DNA of 64,000 bases from Malacoraja senta (taxonomy: Eukaryota). The notes beneath the pieces were generated by a model, which made no database searches, was not told where the DNA came from, and saw nothing but the letters and a program-made list of their open reading frames with translations. Shown in pieces: positions 62,001 to 64,000 of this stretch. Position 1 is the stretch's first letter, and each line of letters opens with the position of its first letter. Both the position numbers and the translations under genes were made by a program. Where the stretch lies: the NCBI GenBank assembly GCA_038087875.1, contig CM075998.1, forward strand, positions 7,008,001 to 7,072,000, read 5' to 3'.

Positions 62001-62554
62001 AGTTTTGGTCTCCAAATCTGAGGAAGGACATTATAGCCATAGAGGGAGTGCAGAGAAGGTTCACCCGACTGATTCCTGGGATGTCAGGACTTTCATATGA
62101 AGAAAGACTGGATAGACTTGGCTTATACTCGCTAGAATTTAGGAGATTGAGAGGGGATCTTATAGAAACGTACAAAATTCTTATGGGGTTGGACAGGCTA
62201 GATGCAGGAAGATTGTTCCCGATGTTGGGGAAGTCCAGGACAAGGGGTCACAGCTTAAGGATAAGGGGGAAATCCTTTAAGACCGAGATGAGGAAAAACT
62301 TTTTCACACAGAGAGTGGTGAATCTCTGGAACTCTCTGCCACAGAGGGTAGTTGAGGCCAGTTCATTGGATATATTTAAGAGGGAGTTAGATGTGGCCCT
62401 TGTGGCTAAGGGGATCAGGGGATATGGAGAGAAGGCAGGTACGGGATACTGAGTTGGCTGATCAGCCATGATCATATTGAATGGCGGTGCAGGCTCGAAG
62501 GGCCGAATGGCCTACTCCTGCACCTATTTTCTATGTTTCTATCTATGTTTCTAA
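59028..62554 (+). mobile_element. CR1 LINE (esterase ORF1 plus subfamily B ORF2 with internal deletions), nested in an HE1-like SINE
   Basis: CLPGARV/HIGTND esterase motifs and ORF 60197-62452 (RT). SINE head at 58938-59027 and SINE body at 62555-62760, with GTTCT at both junctions. Confidence 0.92.
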
Positions 62555-63009
62555 GTTCTCCCCGTGACCTGCCTGGATTTTCTCCGAGATCTTCAGTTTC
62601 TTCCCACACTCCAAAGACGTACAGGTGTGTATGCTAATTGGCTTGGTATAAGTGTAAATTGTCCCCAGTGTGTGTAGGATAGTGTTAGTGTGCGGGGATC
62701 GCTGGTCAGCGTGGACTCGGTGGGCCGAAGGGCCTGTTTCCGCGCTGAATCTCTAAACTAAACGAAACAGAAAACTGCAGGAGCATCTTCAGCTCCCTTG
62801 CCACTGCCTGATACCGGTGGGTTGAGGGCTCCTGGTGCTCCACAGTTAGGTAGGGTTTCCTGCCCAAAAGAGCTGGATTCATCCTGTGGGGGTGGAAGTG
62901 TCTCACTTGGCACCATCATCATTCAGCATGTACATTAATTTCAAATCCACAGGGCCTCTGTCTCCTCGATACAGTATGTGAGATGTAGAGTTGGAGTCGA
63001 GTTGTAGTA

Positions 63010-63303
63010 GAGTTTAGTTTAGAGATACCGCGCGGAAACAGGCCCTTCGGCCCACCGGGTCCCTGCACATTAACACTATCCTACACACACTAGGGACAAT
63101 TTGTAAACATTTACCAAGCCAATTAACCTACCAACCTGTACGAGTGTGGGAGGAAACCGAAGATCTCGCAGAAAACCCACGCAGATCACGGGGAGAACGT
63201 ACAAACTCTGTACAGACAGCACCCGTAGTCGGAATCGAACCGGAGTCTCAAGCGCTGCAATCGCTGCAAGGTAGCAACTCTACCGCTGCACCACTGTGAC
63301 CGC
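63010..63303 (-). mobile_element. HE1-like SINE
   Basis: Reverse complement of the SINE at 57003 and 62555. Confidence 0.85.
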
Positions 63304-63429
63304 CCTGTAGTAGAGATGTAGTAGAGATTTTTCAAGAGATGTAGGAGAGATGTAGAGATGTGGTGATGTAGAGGAAGAGGGGCAGGGTGCAAGAGCAGAG
63401 AGGCAGGGGGAAGGGTGCAAGAGCAGTGA

Positions 63430-63913
63430 GGCAGGGGGGTGTAAAATGACGGTAGAAGCAATAGGTAGCAAGGTGAAAAGTAAAAGTGGCAGGCAGACAA
63501 AACCAGGGCAAAAATCAAAAAGGGCCACTTTTCAACATAGTTGTATAAGGGGTAAGAGTGTTGTAAAGACAAGCCTGAAGGCTTTATATCTTAATGCAAG
63601 GAGCATTCGTAATAAGGTGGATGAGTTGAATGTGCAGATAGTTATTAATGAATATGATATAGTTGGGATCACGGAGACATGGCTCCAGGGTGACCAAGGC
63701 TGGGAGCTGAACATTCAGGGATATTCAATATTCAGGAGGGATAGACAGAAAGGAAAAGGAGGCGGGGTAGCGTTGCTGGTTAGAGAGGAGATTAACGCAA
63801 TAGAAAGGAAGGACATTAGCTTGGAGGATGTGGAATCGATATGAGTAGAGCTGCGAAACACTAAGGGGCAGAAAACGCTAGTGAGAGTGGTGTACCGGCC
63901 ACCTAACAGTAGT
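63430..63913 (+). mobile_element. CR1 subfamily B endonuclease fragment
   Basis: ORF 63446-63844 LNARSIRNKVDEL...GITETWL. Confidence 0.9.
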
Positions 63914-64000
63914 TGGCTTCGCTGTCCGGGTTGCCGGACACAGAGGAGGAAGGCAACCTTCATCCCCAGGGCTGTCCTGCTTTTTAATGCTGATCACTGA

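Overview
Repeat-rich vertebrate genomic DNA. The repeat repertoire (CR1/HER1-type LINEs, HE1-like and Deu-type SINEs, Rex1/Babar, Penelope, DIRS) points to a cartilaginous fish, probably a skate or ray; this is an inference. Two host genes can be assembled from splice signals, both on the + strand. (1) The last six coding exons of a HAT1 / HAT1-like histone acetyltransferase (4071-30133). Its exon sizes are HAT1-typical, but the protein is noticeably divergent, including EDP->EEP in the active-site loop. (2) A compact 3-exon, 219-aa gene (40514-46961) encoding an N-terminal pyrin domain, a basic linker and a C-terminal RAIDD/CRADD-like death domain. This PYD-DD adaptor architecture matches none of the classical death-fold adaptors, and its CpG-rich promoter carries perfect NF-kB and DR1 sites plus an ISRE-like site. 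It is the best candidate for an undescribed system in the window. The rest is mobile DNA: a structurally complete DIRS1-type tyrosine-recombinase retrotransposon with a readable integration core, a head-to-head double-3'-end CR1 insertion, an intact CR1 ORF2, chimeric CR1 5' ends, THAP-bearing fold-back elements, Harbinger-like MITEs, a Tc1 end and several nested insertions. All family assignments come from motif recognition by eye; no searches were run.
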